Notes under the pieces: generated by a model
The model's database searches: none
What the model was told of the DNA's origin: nothing
The model's input: only the letters and a program-made list of their open reading frames with translations
Program-made: the position numbers and the translations under genes
Shown: positions 48,624 to 57,563 of the stretch, piece by piece
Position numbering within the stretch: the stretch's first letter is position 1
Layout: each line of letters starts with the position of its first letter
Origin: Candidatus Bathyarchaeia archaeon
GTDB lineage: Archaea > Thermoproteota > Bathyarchaeia > Bathyarchaeales > Bathycorpusculaceae
Direction: 5' to 3'
Assembly (NCBI GenBank): GCA_050010755.1
Contig: JBEKKK010000002.1
Span: 1 to 64,000, forward strand
Length of the DNA stretch: 64,000 nucleotides

Positions 48624-49996
48624 TCCGTCCAGACACCCCGTCCTAGCCCTCGGTATAGGAAACCTTCCTTTTCAATCTTGCTAGGGTCGGCTACGCCCTG
48701 CAGGTCGATTATGGCTGCGGGCATTTTCATCGTGAGCTTCATTTTCTTGAGGTTCAGGCGTTTGAACTGGTCGTGTGCCGTCAAGATTATTACGCAGTCA
48801 GCGCGTTCCATGGCTTCGGTTGAGTCTTTTTTGAAGTGATACGAGGTTTCTGCAATTTCGGTTTCTAACACGTGCGGGTCGTAAATGCTTATTTTTGCTC
48901 CTCTTGCTTCTAGAGTGTCGATGATTTTTCTTGCTGTTTTCTTGATGGGGCTTTGCATGTTGGGGGTTTGTGTGACTCCCAGAATGGCAATTCTTGCTCG
49001 TTTCATTGTTTTTCCACAGTCTTTCAACGCATCCTTGACTAGGTTGGCCACGTGTCTAACTGTCTCTTCGTTCGTGTCTCTTGCCGCCATTGCCAGTCGA
49101 GGCTTAAGGTTGAGGCTTTCGGCATCATTCAACAGAACGTATGGCTTATCGCTGAGACTGTCGTCCAGGAGCGTCGGTGTGGGAGACAGCTTGTCAATGT
49201 CTGTCCCAGCGATTCTGACGGCTTCAGTGTAGTCCACGCCTACTTTTTCACAGAGGAGTGCAGTTTCATTTCCTAACGCGATGCTTACGTCCCGCTGTAG
49301 GACTTCGAGGAGCGCGGCCACTTCAGCCGTTTTCATGTCGCCTGTTCCTCGGACGCCTCGTTTAGCAAGCTTTTCAAGAACGAGTGAAGCACTTCTGAGG
49401 CTGTCCTTGTCGGTTGCTGCGACGACTCTCTGATAATTTGCGGCTTCCTCACAAGTCGAGGCGTGCACTTTTTGAATTGGACTGTACGCCAGTCCGAAGT
49501 CCTTGCCGATTTTGAGTCCTGAAGTGTTTTCCAATGTGTCTTTTATGAGGCCTTCTGTGAGGCCGATTCCGGTTAGGCTCGTAACTATTACGAGGGATCC
49601 GGGGCGAAGGTTTGAGCCGATTTTTTTGCAGGTGTTTTCTAAGTCTGAGCACTCTGCTTTTTTCCTCAGGTTGATTTTTACGGGGGTTGTGATTATGATT
49701 AGGTCGCTGTGGGCGGCCGCTTCTCCGATTTCACTGGTTGCGGTCAAGTGTCCTGTTTTCACGTGGTTTTTGAGTTTGGTCCATATTTCTGACGTCGCCG
49801 CGGCCCTTCCCTTTGTTATGCGTGCGATCGTGGTTTGGTCAGTGTCCACGCAGGTCACCTTGAAGCCTGCGTCGGCAAAGAGAACCGCTTGAAGAATGCC
49901 GGCTTGTCCACATCCTATTATACTTACAACACGGTTTCCCCGTTTTTCCGGGGAATCTAGATCCTCTGATTTGGTTTGTATCATCGACGATGACAT
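48620..49996 (-). CDS. Nucleotide-sugar dehydrogenase family protein, catalytic motifs degenerate
   Basis: GCGQAG, DFGLAYSP, RDVSIALGNE, YDP and TAHDQF scaffold present; GGHC motif absent. Confidence 0.85.
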   Translation of the reverse strand: MSSSMIQTKSEDLDSPEKRGNRVVSIIGCGQAGILQAVLFADAGFKVTCVDTDQTTIARITKGRAAATSEIWTKLKNHVKTGHLTATSEIGEAAAHSDLIIITTPVKINLRKKAECSDLENTCKKIGSNLRPGSLVIVTSLTGIGLTEGLIKDTLENTSGLKIGKDFGLAYSPIQKVHASTCEEAANYQRVVAATDKDSLRSASLVLEKLAKRGVRGTGDMKTAEVAALLEVLQRDVSIALGNETALLCEKVGVDYTEAVRIAGTDIDKLSPTPTLLDDSLSDKPYVLLNDAESLNLKPRLAMAARDTNEETVRHVANLVKDALKDCGKTMKRARIAILGVTQTPNMQSPIKKTARKIIDTLEARGAKISIYDPHVLETEIAETSYHFKKDSTEAMERADCVIILTAHDQFKRLNLKKMKLTMKMPAAIIDLQGVADPSKIEKEGFLYRGLGRGVWTE

Positions 49997-50029
49997 TGGG
50001 TTGTTCTCCGCGGGCTTTGTCTTAGCTGT

Positions 50030-51403
50030 TTAGCTTAGGTCTTTGATTATTTTTTGGAGTTTCGAGCTGTATTCTTTGACGAGTTTTTTGGTTGTTTGGC
50101 TGGTTTTGGCTTCGGCGTATATTCTGTAGATTGGTTCGGTGCCGCTTGGCCTTATTAGTATGCTGCTCTTGTCTTTGAACCAGATTTTGACGCCGTCGAG
50201 AGTGTTCGTTTTTAGGCCTTTGGTTTGTTCGATGAGTTTTTGCAGGATTTCTTGTTTGAGTTCTTCTTTGCATTCGATTTTGGCTTTTTCGATGAAGTAT
50301 AGGGGTAGTTCTTTTATGAGTGTGGAGAGTTTTTTGCCGGTTCTGGCCATGATGTTCAAGATTAATGCTGTTGTCATCGCGCCGTCTCTGACTGGCTGGT
50401 GAGGTCCGTAGAAGACTCCGCCGTTTTCTTCGCCTCCGAGTTTGGCTTTCAGTTCTTTCATGGTTTGTGCGACTGTTACGCTTCCTATTTTGGTCCATTC
50501 GATTTTTCCGTTGTATTCGTCGGCTATGTCCTGGATTATGGTTGAGGAGCTCACGGGTGTGACGATTTTTTCGCCTGGGTTGTCTTTCAGAAAGTATTTG
50601 GCGACGAGGGCGAAGGTTTGGTCTCCCATGATGATGTTGCCTTTCTCGTCGACGAAGATGGAGCGGTCCGCGTCGCCATCATATGCTACTCCTAGGTCTG
50701 AGTTTGTTGCCTTGACGGCGATGGCTAGGTCTCCTAGGTTTTCGGGGCGGGGTTCGGGTGGTCTGCCTGGGAATGTTCCGTCTATGTTCGCGTTTATCGT
50801 CGTGACCTTGCATCCTAGTTCTCGGGCGAGGCGTGGTCCTGTCAGGCTGCCTACGCTGTTTGCTCCGTCGATTAGGATGTGGTAGTGTTTCTGGGTTATT
50901 GCTTTGGTGTTGACGTGTTTTTTTATGGCGTTGATGTATTCGTCGATTATTCCTGGCAGTTCTTGCGTTGTTCCCAGTGCGTTCCATGGGGCGAGCTTTG
51001 CTTTTTCGTTGAAGTAGATGTTTTCGATTTCGATTTCATATTCGTGTGGTATTTCTATTCCGTCGTTTCCTATGACTTTGATTCCGTTGTATTCCGGCGG
51101 GTTGTGTGATGCTGTGATGATGACTCCGCCGCTGGGCTTGTGATGTTTCACGGCGAACTGGAGTGTCGGCGTCGGAGCCATCCCTGCTAGGAGGACGTTG
51201 CATCCTGTCGAGTTTAGGCCGGCGACGACGGCCTTTTGGAGCATGGGTCCTGTGGTTCTGGCGTCGTGGCCGATTATGAGTTCGCCTTGTTTGAAGAAGG
51301 TGCCTATGGCACTGCCGACTTTGATGGCCATTTCGGGGGTGAGTTCTTTGTTGGCGAGGCCGCGGATGCCGTTGGTGCCGAATAAGTGTTTTGAGGTTAA
51401 CAT
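50030..51403 (-). CDS. glmM: Phosphoglucosamine mutase/phosphomannomutase
   Basis: FGTNGIRG, TASHNP, DGDADR, GEENG and RPSGTEP motifs. Confidence 0.92.
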   Translation of the reverse strand: MLTSKHLFGTNGIRGLANKELTPEMAIKVGSAIGTFFKQGELIIGHDARTTGPMLQKAVVAGLNSTGCNVLLAGMAPTPTLQFAVKHHKPSGGVIITASHNPPEYNGIKVIGNDGIEIPHEYEIEIENIYFNEKAKLAPWNALGTTQELPGIIDEYINAIKKHVNTKAITQKHYHILIDGANSVGSLTGPRLARELGCKVTTINANIDGTFPGRPPEPRPENLGDLAIAVKATNSDLGVAYDGDADRSIFVDEKGNIIMGDQTFALVAKYFLKDNPGEKIVTPVSSSTIIQDIADEYNGKIEWTKIGSVTVAQTMKELKAKLGGEENGGVFYGPHQPVRDGAMTTALILNIMARTGKKLSTLIKELPLYFIEKAKIECKEELKQEILQKLIEQTKGLKTNTLDGVKIWFKDKSSILIRPSGTEPIYRIYAEAKTSQTTKKLVKEYSSKLQKIIKDLS

Positions 51404-51428
51404 GATCTGATGAGCCTCTTTCTTTCTA

Positions 51429-52514
51429 TCAGACGCAGTTAGATGTTAATACGCTTTCGGAGACTTCGTTTGCTGGGCAGATTGTGGTTCCCTGGGCGAG
51501 GGACACGTCGTTTTTTATTTTGGCGTGGTCGCCGATTATGCAGCCTTTCTGGATTTTGGCTCTTTCTCCGATGATTGCGCCTTCGCCGATTATTGCGCCC
51601 GTTATAATAGAAGAGTCTTGTATGATGGCTCCTGAGAAGATGATTGAATCTATTATCTGCACGTTTTTTCCGATGATGACATCCTTGCCCAAGACTGCGT
51701 ATGGTCCCAGGGTGGTTTCTTGTCCTATGCGGACGTTTTTGTCGATGGCCACGGGTTTCTCGAAGTTTACGTTCTTGGCTGGTCTGCTTTTCTGTTGTTC
51801 GTTTGTGTTGTTGAGCATTTTTCGGTTGATTTGCATGTAGTCTTCGGGTTTGCCGATGTCCATCCATGTGCCGTTGAAGGTGTGTGCGTAGAGTTTGCCT
51901 TCTTGGGCGAGTTTTGGGAAGATTTCGTGTTCGATGCTGACGGCTCGTCCTTCGGGGATGTAATCGAAGATTTGGGGGTTGAAGGCGTAGGCTCCGGCGT
52001 TGATGAGGTTTGAGGGGGCGGTTCCTTGTGGGGGTTTTTCGACGAATCTTGTTATGCGGTTGTCTTGGGCTAGTTGGACGACTCCGTATCTGCTCGGGTC
52101 TTCTACGCTGTGGACGGCTAATGTTGCTACTGCTTTGTTTTGTTTGTGGGTTTGCATGAGTTCTGTGTAGTTTACGTCTGCGAATATGTCTCCGTTGAGT
52201 ACGATGAAGGGTTGGTCGTGTCCGATTCGTTTTTCTGCTCTTTTTATTGAGCCGCCGGTTCCTAGGGGTTTTCTGAGTGGATCATGCGAGTAGGTTACGT
52301 GGACGCCGGATCTTGGGACTCGGTGGTGTTTTATGTACATCTCGGTTTGGTAGAAGACAGCCATTATGGCGTCTTGTATGTTGTTGCGTGCGAGTCTTTC
52401 ATAAGTCCACTGAAGCAGGGGTTTGTTGACTATGGGGAAGAGTATTTTTGGTCTTGTGCAGCTGAGCGGTCTCAGTCTTGTGCCGAAGCCCCCTGCGAGA
52501 ATAACTGCCTTCAG
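51429..52514 (-). CDS. NDP-sugar pyrophosphorylase (nucleotidyltransferase with hexapeptide repeats), probable CTG start
   Basis: Frame extends 150 nt past the ORF-track start to give LKAVILAGGFGTRLRPLSCTRPK; also LGTGG, NGD and WMDIG motifs. Confidence 0.9.
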   Translation of the reverse strand: MKAVILAGGFGTRLRPLSCTRPKILFPIVNKPLLQWTYERLARNNIQDAIMAVFYQTEMYIKHHRVPRSGVHVTYSHDPLRKPLGTGGSIKRAEKRIGHDQPFIVLNGDIFADVNYTELMQTHKQNKAVATLAVHSVEDPSRYGVVQLAQDNRITRFVEKPPQGTAPSNLINAGAYAFNPQIFDYIPEGRAVSIEHEIFPKLAQEGKLYAHTFNGTWMDIGKPEDYMQINRKMLNNTNEQQKSRPAKNVNFEKPVAIDKNVRIGQETTLGPYAVLGKDVIIGKNVQIIDSIIFSGAIIQDSSIITGAIIGEGAIIGERAKIQKGCIIGDHAKIKNDVSLAQGTTICPANEVSESVLTSNCV

Positions 52515-52588
52515 GGTTTTTTCACCGCCATTAATAATGTAGGTTTATATGCGGTGTGTTTGCTAATAAAACAGTTTGGTGTTGAAGT

Positions 52589-53347
52589 TTGAAGGTTTTG
52601 CTTCATGAGATGAGTTGGCCTGAGGCTAAGGAGTACTTTTCGAAGAACGACATTGCGATTCTTCCAGTTGGCGCTAATGAGCAGCATGGGGGGGCGAACC
52701 CGTTGGGGACGGATCATCTTATTGCCAAGAGCATCGGGGAGGAGACTGCGAGGCGCACGGGCGTTGTGTGTCTGCAGGTTGTTCCGTTCGGTGTTAGCGC
52801 GCATCATAAGCAGTTTTGGGGGACGATTTTTATTTCTCCTAAGTCGTTGAAGAGTTACGTTAGAGACGCGTGCCAGTCTCTCATGTATTATGGTGTGCGT
52901 AAGATTGTGGTTGTTAACGGTCACGGGGGTAATTTGGCGGCTTTGACGGAGTTGGCTAGGGAGTTGAGGGAGGAAGGGGTTTTCATGTCTGTTTTTCAGT
53001 GGTGGCCCGCGGCTGGGAAGCTTGTGCCCGACGTTTTCACCGCTATAGAACGGAGGCACGCAGGGGCTGAGGAAACATCTGTGAATCTGGCTTTACACCC
53101 GAACCTTGTCAACATGAAAGCAGCGTTTGATGAGAAGCCTCGTGAACACGCGTTACAAGGCGAAGGCCTAACACTACCGTTAAGCACGGTGGATGAGACA
53201 GGCTCAGGCGTTTACGGGACACAATCAACAGCTTCGGCAGAAAAAGGCAAGAAAGTCCTGGAAGCCTGCATAAGCGAGCTAGTCAGACACGTCAACCTGC
53301 TGAAGAAGGCAAGAATGGACGATCTAATACAGAAGCCGAAGGTCTAA
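52589..53347 (+). CDS. Creatininase family amidohydrolase
   Basis: PVGANEQHG, LGTD, NGHGGN and HAGAEETS motifs. Confidence 0.92.
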   Translation: MKVLLHEMSWPEAKEYFSKNDIAILPVGANEQHGGANPLGTDHLIAKSIGEETARRTGVVCLQVVPFGVSAHHKQFWGTIFISPKSLKSYVRDACQSLMYYGVRKIVVVNGHGGNLAALTELARELREEGVFMSVFQWWPAAGKLVPDVFTAIERRHAGAEETSVNLALHPNLVNMKAAFDEKPREHALQGEGLTLPLSTVDETGSGVYGTQSTASAEKGKKVLEACISELVRHVNLLKKARMDDLIQKPKV

Positions 53348-53372
53348 AAACGAAATTCATGCGAGGGCTGGT

Positions 53373-53431
53373 CCCACGGCTTTTTTTCTTTACGTCTATT
53401 GAAATGTTGCTTTGTAATGTTGCTTTGTAAA
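53373..53431 (-). repeat. Dispersed repeat copy 11 (subtype C-like, degenerate G-tail)
   Basis: + strand reads T7-CTTTACGTCTATTGAAATGTTGCTTTGTAATGTTGCTTTGTAAA. Confidence 0.85.
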
Positions 53432-53484
53432 GCCGTATTTAAACGTCCGTGTCGAAGGTTGACGCGGACTGGGAGAATCTGCCG

Positions 53485-53543
53485 GCCCCTCCCTTTTTTT
53501 CACACACATCCAATGTAATGGATCCACATATGTGTCTATGTTG
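53485..53543 (-). repeat. Dispersed repeat copy 12 (subtype B, one unit shorter)
   Basis: + strand reads GCCCCTCCC-T7-CACACACATCCAATGTAATGGATCCACATATGTGTCTATGTTG. Confidence 0.88.
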
Positions 53544-53592
53544 ACAAGCAGAGTTTGCGGCGCCTGCTTAAGATTTCTGTGTTTCAGCTTGA

Positions 53593-55356
53593 CTAGATCT
53601 TTTCGTGAGACATGGTTTTCTTTTTGTAGATTATGATTGCTAGTAGTGTTGCTATCATGAACAATGGCAGAATTAGGAATGATGGAAACTCTGGAACTAC
53701 TGCATATGGAACCGTAAGCGGATAGTAGTCTGTGTTGTTTGCGTCAATGACGTATGATGTGTTCCAGACGCCGTCTGTTTCGGTGGCGTTCGGATACTTT
53801 GTCAGGTAGTCGCTCCAGTAGTTACCCACGCTCCCATTATCCCAAACGTTGGTTCCGCCAGAAAAGAAAGGAGGAACTTGGCTGGTGTTGTTTATGAAGT
53901 TGTTGTGGTATATCGTATTATTGTTAGAAGAAGAATCGAGACAGATTCCCCACAAGTTGTTTGCAACGTTGTTGCCAGATAAAGTGTTATTAGAACAAGA
54001 GCCGAGGCTGATGCCATAGTTTTGGTTTCCTGTTATGTTGTTTCCGGAAATATCGTTGCTGTCACAAGAGTCGAGACAAATGCCTTCGAGCTCGTTTGCG
54101 GTTACGTTGTTTCCAGAAATGCTGTTGCTGTTGGAAGAGTCCTCAAGAAAGATGCCCTGGCCACTTCCAGCTGCACTGTTGTCTGAAATAGTGTTATTGT
54201 TACAAGACTCCATGAGAACGATGCCTACGCCGAACCCTGTTACATTAGCTGTTACGACGTTTCCAGAGATAATGTTGTCATTACAAGAATTCTCGAGATT
54301 TATGCCATCGCTGGTGCCTGTAAGGTCAATTAAGGCGTTTCCAGAAATAGTGTTATTATTAGAAGAATCCGTGAGAAGAATAGCTATTTGTCCATCGTAG
54401 TCGTTTGTGACGTTGTTGCCAGACAAAGTGTTACTGGAAGAAAACTCGAGGTCAATGCCCAACTTGTTGTCTGCGATGTTGTTGCCGGTGATTTTTGAGT
54501 CGTTTGTATAAGCGAGTAGAAGTCCTTGGCCGTTGTTTGTTAGGTTCATACCTTGCACGGTCACGTTGACACAGCCAACGAAGCCCAAGAATCCAACCTC
54601 TGGATATGCATCAGGGTTTACTATCATGTTCGACTGGTTCACGAAGTAATAGACGGGTTTACCGTCCACGAGGTTTGAGGCGTCAATGGACTGTGGAAAG
54701 TCGCCAAAAACAGTGCCAAGGACGCCAAAGTTGTATTCGTTTCCCACCATAACGTTGTCAGATAAAGTGTTGCCAGAAGAAGATTCGAGATAAATGCCAT
54801 AATCGAGGTTTGCCGTAACGTTGTTGCCAGACAAAGTGTTCCCAGAAGAAGCGTAGAGCGCAATGCCCTCCCCGTTGTTTGCGATGTTGTTGCCAGACAA
54901 AGAGTTATTAGAAGAATAAGAGCCGAGTTCAATGCCATCCACGCTGTTTGCCGTAACGTTGTTGCCAGACAAAGTGCAGTTAGAAGAAGAGTAGAGCCAA
55001 GTGCCATATGTGAAGTTCTTTATCGTCAGGTTTCTTACTGTCACGTTGCTTATGCCCGTAAGCGCTATTCCGTCGCTGCTGGAAGAGTTGCTTCCAGTCA
55101 CGGTGTAGTCTGCCCCATTCAAAACAATGTTGTCTCTCTCAATCACGATTCCATCGCTAACGGCGGTGATGTTGCCAGTTAACGTGTATGTGACATTATC
55201 TGCAGTGTAAATGGGAGCTGTTGACGGGCTTATGCTTCCGTCTGCATTGATGGTAATGGTTCCACCCTCAGCCTTGACTACTCTTATCAATCCCGTCATT
55301 GACGATACGGAAAGCAAAAGCAGAATTGCAATCAAAGCAAAAACAACTCTGTTCAT
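53593..55356 (-). CDS. NosD/parallel beta-helix surface protein with PEF-CTERM-like sorting tail
   Basis: Repeated GIxLxxSxNNTLSGN units, GNYWSDY, DYYPL and VPEFPS-TM-KKK tail. Confidence 0.9.
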   Translation of the reverse strand: MNRVVFALIAILLLLSVSSMTGLIRVVKAEGGTITINADGSISPSTAPIYTADNVTYTLTGNITAVSDGIVIERDNIVLNGADYTVTGSNSSSSDGIALTGISNVTVRNLTIKNFTYGTWLYSSSNCTLSGNNVTANSVDGIELGSYSSNNSLSGNNIANNGEGIALYASSGNTLSGNNVTANLDYGIYLESSSGNTLSDNVMVGNEYNFGVLGTVFGDFPQSIDASNLVDGKPVYYFVNQSNMIVNPDAYPEVGFLGFVGCVNVTVQGMNLTNNGQGLLLAYTNDSKITGNNIADNKLGIDLEFSSSNTLSGNNVTNDYDGQIAILLTDSSNNNTISGNALIDLTGTSDGINLENSCNDNIISGNVVTANVTGFGVGIVLMESCNNNTISDNSAAGSGQGIFLEDSSNSNSISGNNVTANELEGICLDSCDSNDISGNNITGNQNYGISLGSCSNNTLSGNNVANNLWGICLDSSSNNNTIYHNNFINNTSQVPPFFSGGTNVWDNGSVGNYWSDYLTKYPNATETDGVWNTSYVIDANNTDYYPLTVPYAVVPEFPSFLILPLFMIATLLAIIIYKKKTMSHEKI

Positions 55357-55591
55357 CCTATCCCCTTCCACGCATAATTCATAGGTTGATTGAATCAATA
55401 CTTATGATTTTTGGAAGAATCCTCAATTGAAATCGTGACTATAAGCAAACAAAAGGGAGCCCAGCGCGCTGGCTTGTCCCAAAATTAAGTGTTGAAGTAA
55501 GTCGGTGACACTGCTTTGTCTTTTCGCTAGGTGTTTTGAGCGCGTGTTTTAAATTCATCAGTCCCTGATTGGAGCTAATAGCTGGCGGTTC

Positions 55592-56509
55592 TTGGTGATC
55601 GATACAGAAAACCTGACAAAAAAATTCGGGAACCTTACAGCCGTTGACAGCCTCACGCTGCATGTTAATGATGGCGAAGTTTTCGGCTTTCTCGGTCCGA
55701 ATGGCGCAGGGAAAACAACGACTGTCAGAATGCTTTGCTGTCTAATATCAAAGACTGGCGGCTCTGCGAAGATAGGAAATTACGAAGTCGGAAACAGAGC
55801 AGATCAACAGAAAATAAGAAGAATGATCGGTCTACTGACTGAAAATGTCGGTCTCTACGAGGAACTGAGCGCCTATGACAATCTCGATTTTTACGGTCGA
55901 TTCTACAGGCTGGACGAACAGAAAAGGAAAGAGCAAATACAGTATCTTCTCAAGATGCTGGGGTTATGGGAAAGAAGAAACGAAGCAGCAGGAACTTTTT
56001 CCAAGGGGATGAAGCAGAAACTCGCAATAGCCCGCGCCCTCATCCATGACCCACAAGTCCTGTTCTTGGATGAGCCAACTGCAAACCTCGATCCGGAAGC
56101 CGCTAAGACGGTTAGAGACTTCATTCTCGAGCTGAAAAAGGAGAAAAGAACAATCTTCCTAAATACGCATCTTTTGGATGAGGCTGAAAAGATCTGTGAC
56201 CGGGTTGCGATACTAAACACTCGACTAATCGCAACAGGCACCCCGCAAGAGCTAAGGCGTTCGCTATCTGGCAGAAAGATAAAGGTTCAGCTTCAGCGGG
56301 TTGATAATGTAATCGTGGAAGCGATAAAGAAAATCGGTTTCCAAGTTTCCGAGGTAACTCCTAATAGTCTAGTCGTTGATGTCAGCGACCCTGAAAAAGA
56401 GAATCCAGCAATTTTAAAAGCGATTGAAGCTGCAGGCGGACACGTGCAATTCGTAACGGAGATCGGCTCGTCTTTAGAAGATGTGTATCTCAAGCTTGTG
56501 AGGGGATGA
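55592..56509 (+). CDS. ABC transporter ATP-binding protein
   Basis: GPNGAGKT, FSKGMKQ and LDEPT motifs. Confidence 0.96.
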   Translation: MVIDTENLTKKFGNLTAVDSLTLHVNDGEVFGFLGPNGAGKTTTVRMLCCLISKTGGSAKIGNYEVGNRADQQKIRRMIGLLTENVGLYEELSAYDNLDFYGRFYRLDEQKRKEQIQYLLKMLGLWERRNEAAGTFSKGMKQKLAIARALIHDPQVLFLDEPTANLDPEAAKTVRDFILELKKEKRTIFLNTHLLDEAEKICDRVAILNTRLIATGTPQELRRSLSGRKIKVQLQRVDNVIVEAIKKIGFQVSEVTPNSLVVDVSDPEKENPAILKAIEAAGGHVQFVTEIGSSLEDVYLKLVRG

Positions 56510-57255
56510 AAAAAATGGATTTGCGAAGCGCTTGGGCAGTTGCCGCAAAAGACTTCAAGATCTTCAAACGGAAGAGTACAGTCATCTATGCATGTATTGC
56601 TATTCCTCTTGTAGTCGGAATTGCGTTCCCATTGATTGTGCAGTATGCACTGCACATTGGCAGCGGTCATGGAATAACCGCCTTAACTGTTCCCAGGTAC
56701 ATGGACGCGTTCTCGGTATGGTTTCTCATAGGAGCAGCCATAATTCCCGCCACTATAGCCTCCTACAGTTTAGTAGGAGAGAAGATCCAAAAGAGCTTGG
56801 AACCACTTCTGGCAACGCCAATGACCGACGGAGAAATCCTGTTGGGCAAAACCATTTCAGGGCTCGTCGTACCTTTAGCGGCGATCTATGCCGGTTCAGT
56901 GATATACATGTCGCTCATGGATTTGGTGACGCACAGCACACTGGGCTATCTTTACTATCCTAACTGGCATATGGGGGCGATTTTGCTTGTTGCGCCATTG
57001 ATATGTCTTCTCAGCGTTGAACTAAATATCATTATCTCATCCAGACTAAACGATGTGCGATCAGCGCAACAAATGGGAATGCTGGCCGCATTCCCCTTCA
57101 TTGGATTATACGTAGCGTCTGAAGTTGGATTCTTTGCGTTCAATGACACAAATCTGATGATTTTGGCAGGTATTATCTTGGTAATAGATGTGGTTGTCTT
57201 CTTTGTCAGCAGGGTCACATTCCAGAGGGAGGAAATACTGACAAAATGGAAGTAA
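56506..57255 (+). CDS. ABC-2 type permease
   Basis: VGEKIQKSLEPLLATP...ILLGK; six TM helices. Confidence 0.92.
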   Translation: MKKMDLRSAWAVAAKDFKIFKRKSTVIYACIAIPLVVGIAFPLIVQYALHIGSGHGITALTVPRYMDAFSVWFLIGAAIIPATIASYSLVGEKIQKSLEPLLATPMTDGEILLGKTISGLVVPLAAIYAGSVIYMSLMDLVTHSTLGYLYYPNWHMGAILLVAPLICLLSVELNIIISSRLNDVRSAQQMGMLAAFPFIGLYVASEVGFFAFNDTNLMILAGIILVIDVVVFFVSRVTFQREEILTKWK

Positions 57256-57311
57256 AGGCTCTTTATCTTTGCCGAGAAGTGAAAAGCACAATTAATGAGA
57301 GGTAGTAGTAA

Positions 57312-57563
57312 ATGACAAAAGCCAAGTTTGAAATAGGAGAGACTGAAAAACATACCATTATTATTAATGCGAGCGCGCTTCTAAAATACATCAAGATAGA
57401 AGTGGATGGCGAAAAAGTCGTTAATGAAGCAAACTTTCAGCCATTGCCAAAGAAGTTCCAGTTGGACGTGGGAAATTCCGAAAAGCATCATTTGGAAATC
57501 AGCGCTGGACCGTTCTCGCCTATCAAACTATTCGTGGACGGAAAAGAAGCTCAAAAAACCTGA
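57312..57563 (+). CDS. Hypothetical protein
   Basis: Internal duplication (GETEKH..IEVDGE / GNSEKH..LFVDGK); SD GAGGT upstream. Confidence 0.7.
   Translation: MTKAKFEIGETEKHTIIINASALLKYIKIEVDGEKVVNEANFQPLPKKFQLDVGNSEKHHLEISAGPFSPIKLFVDGKEAQKT

Noticed and set aside
33931-51867. Long alternative-frame or antisense ORFs rich in R/N/H/P/Q (e.g. 34967-35431, 36338-36871, 43043-43870, 50022-50498)
   Set aside because: Artefacts of T-poor strands in skewed zones, overlapping clear conserved genes.
1348-53543. Repeat as a simple oligo-T terminator
   Set aside because: The T-tract faces a gene end for copies 2, 4, 7 and 11, but not for 5/6 (wrong strand) or 10 (between divergent genes), and it does not explain the phased boxes or polarity. 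It could be a secondary role.
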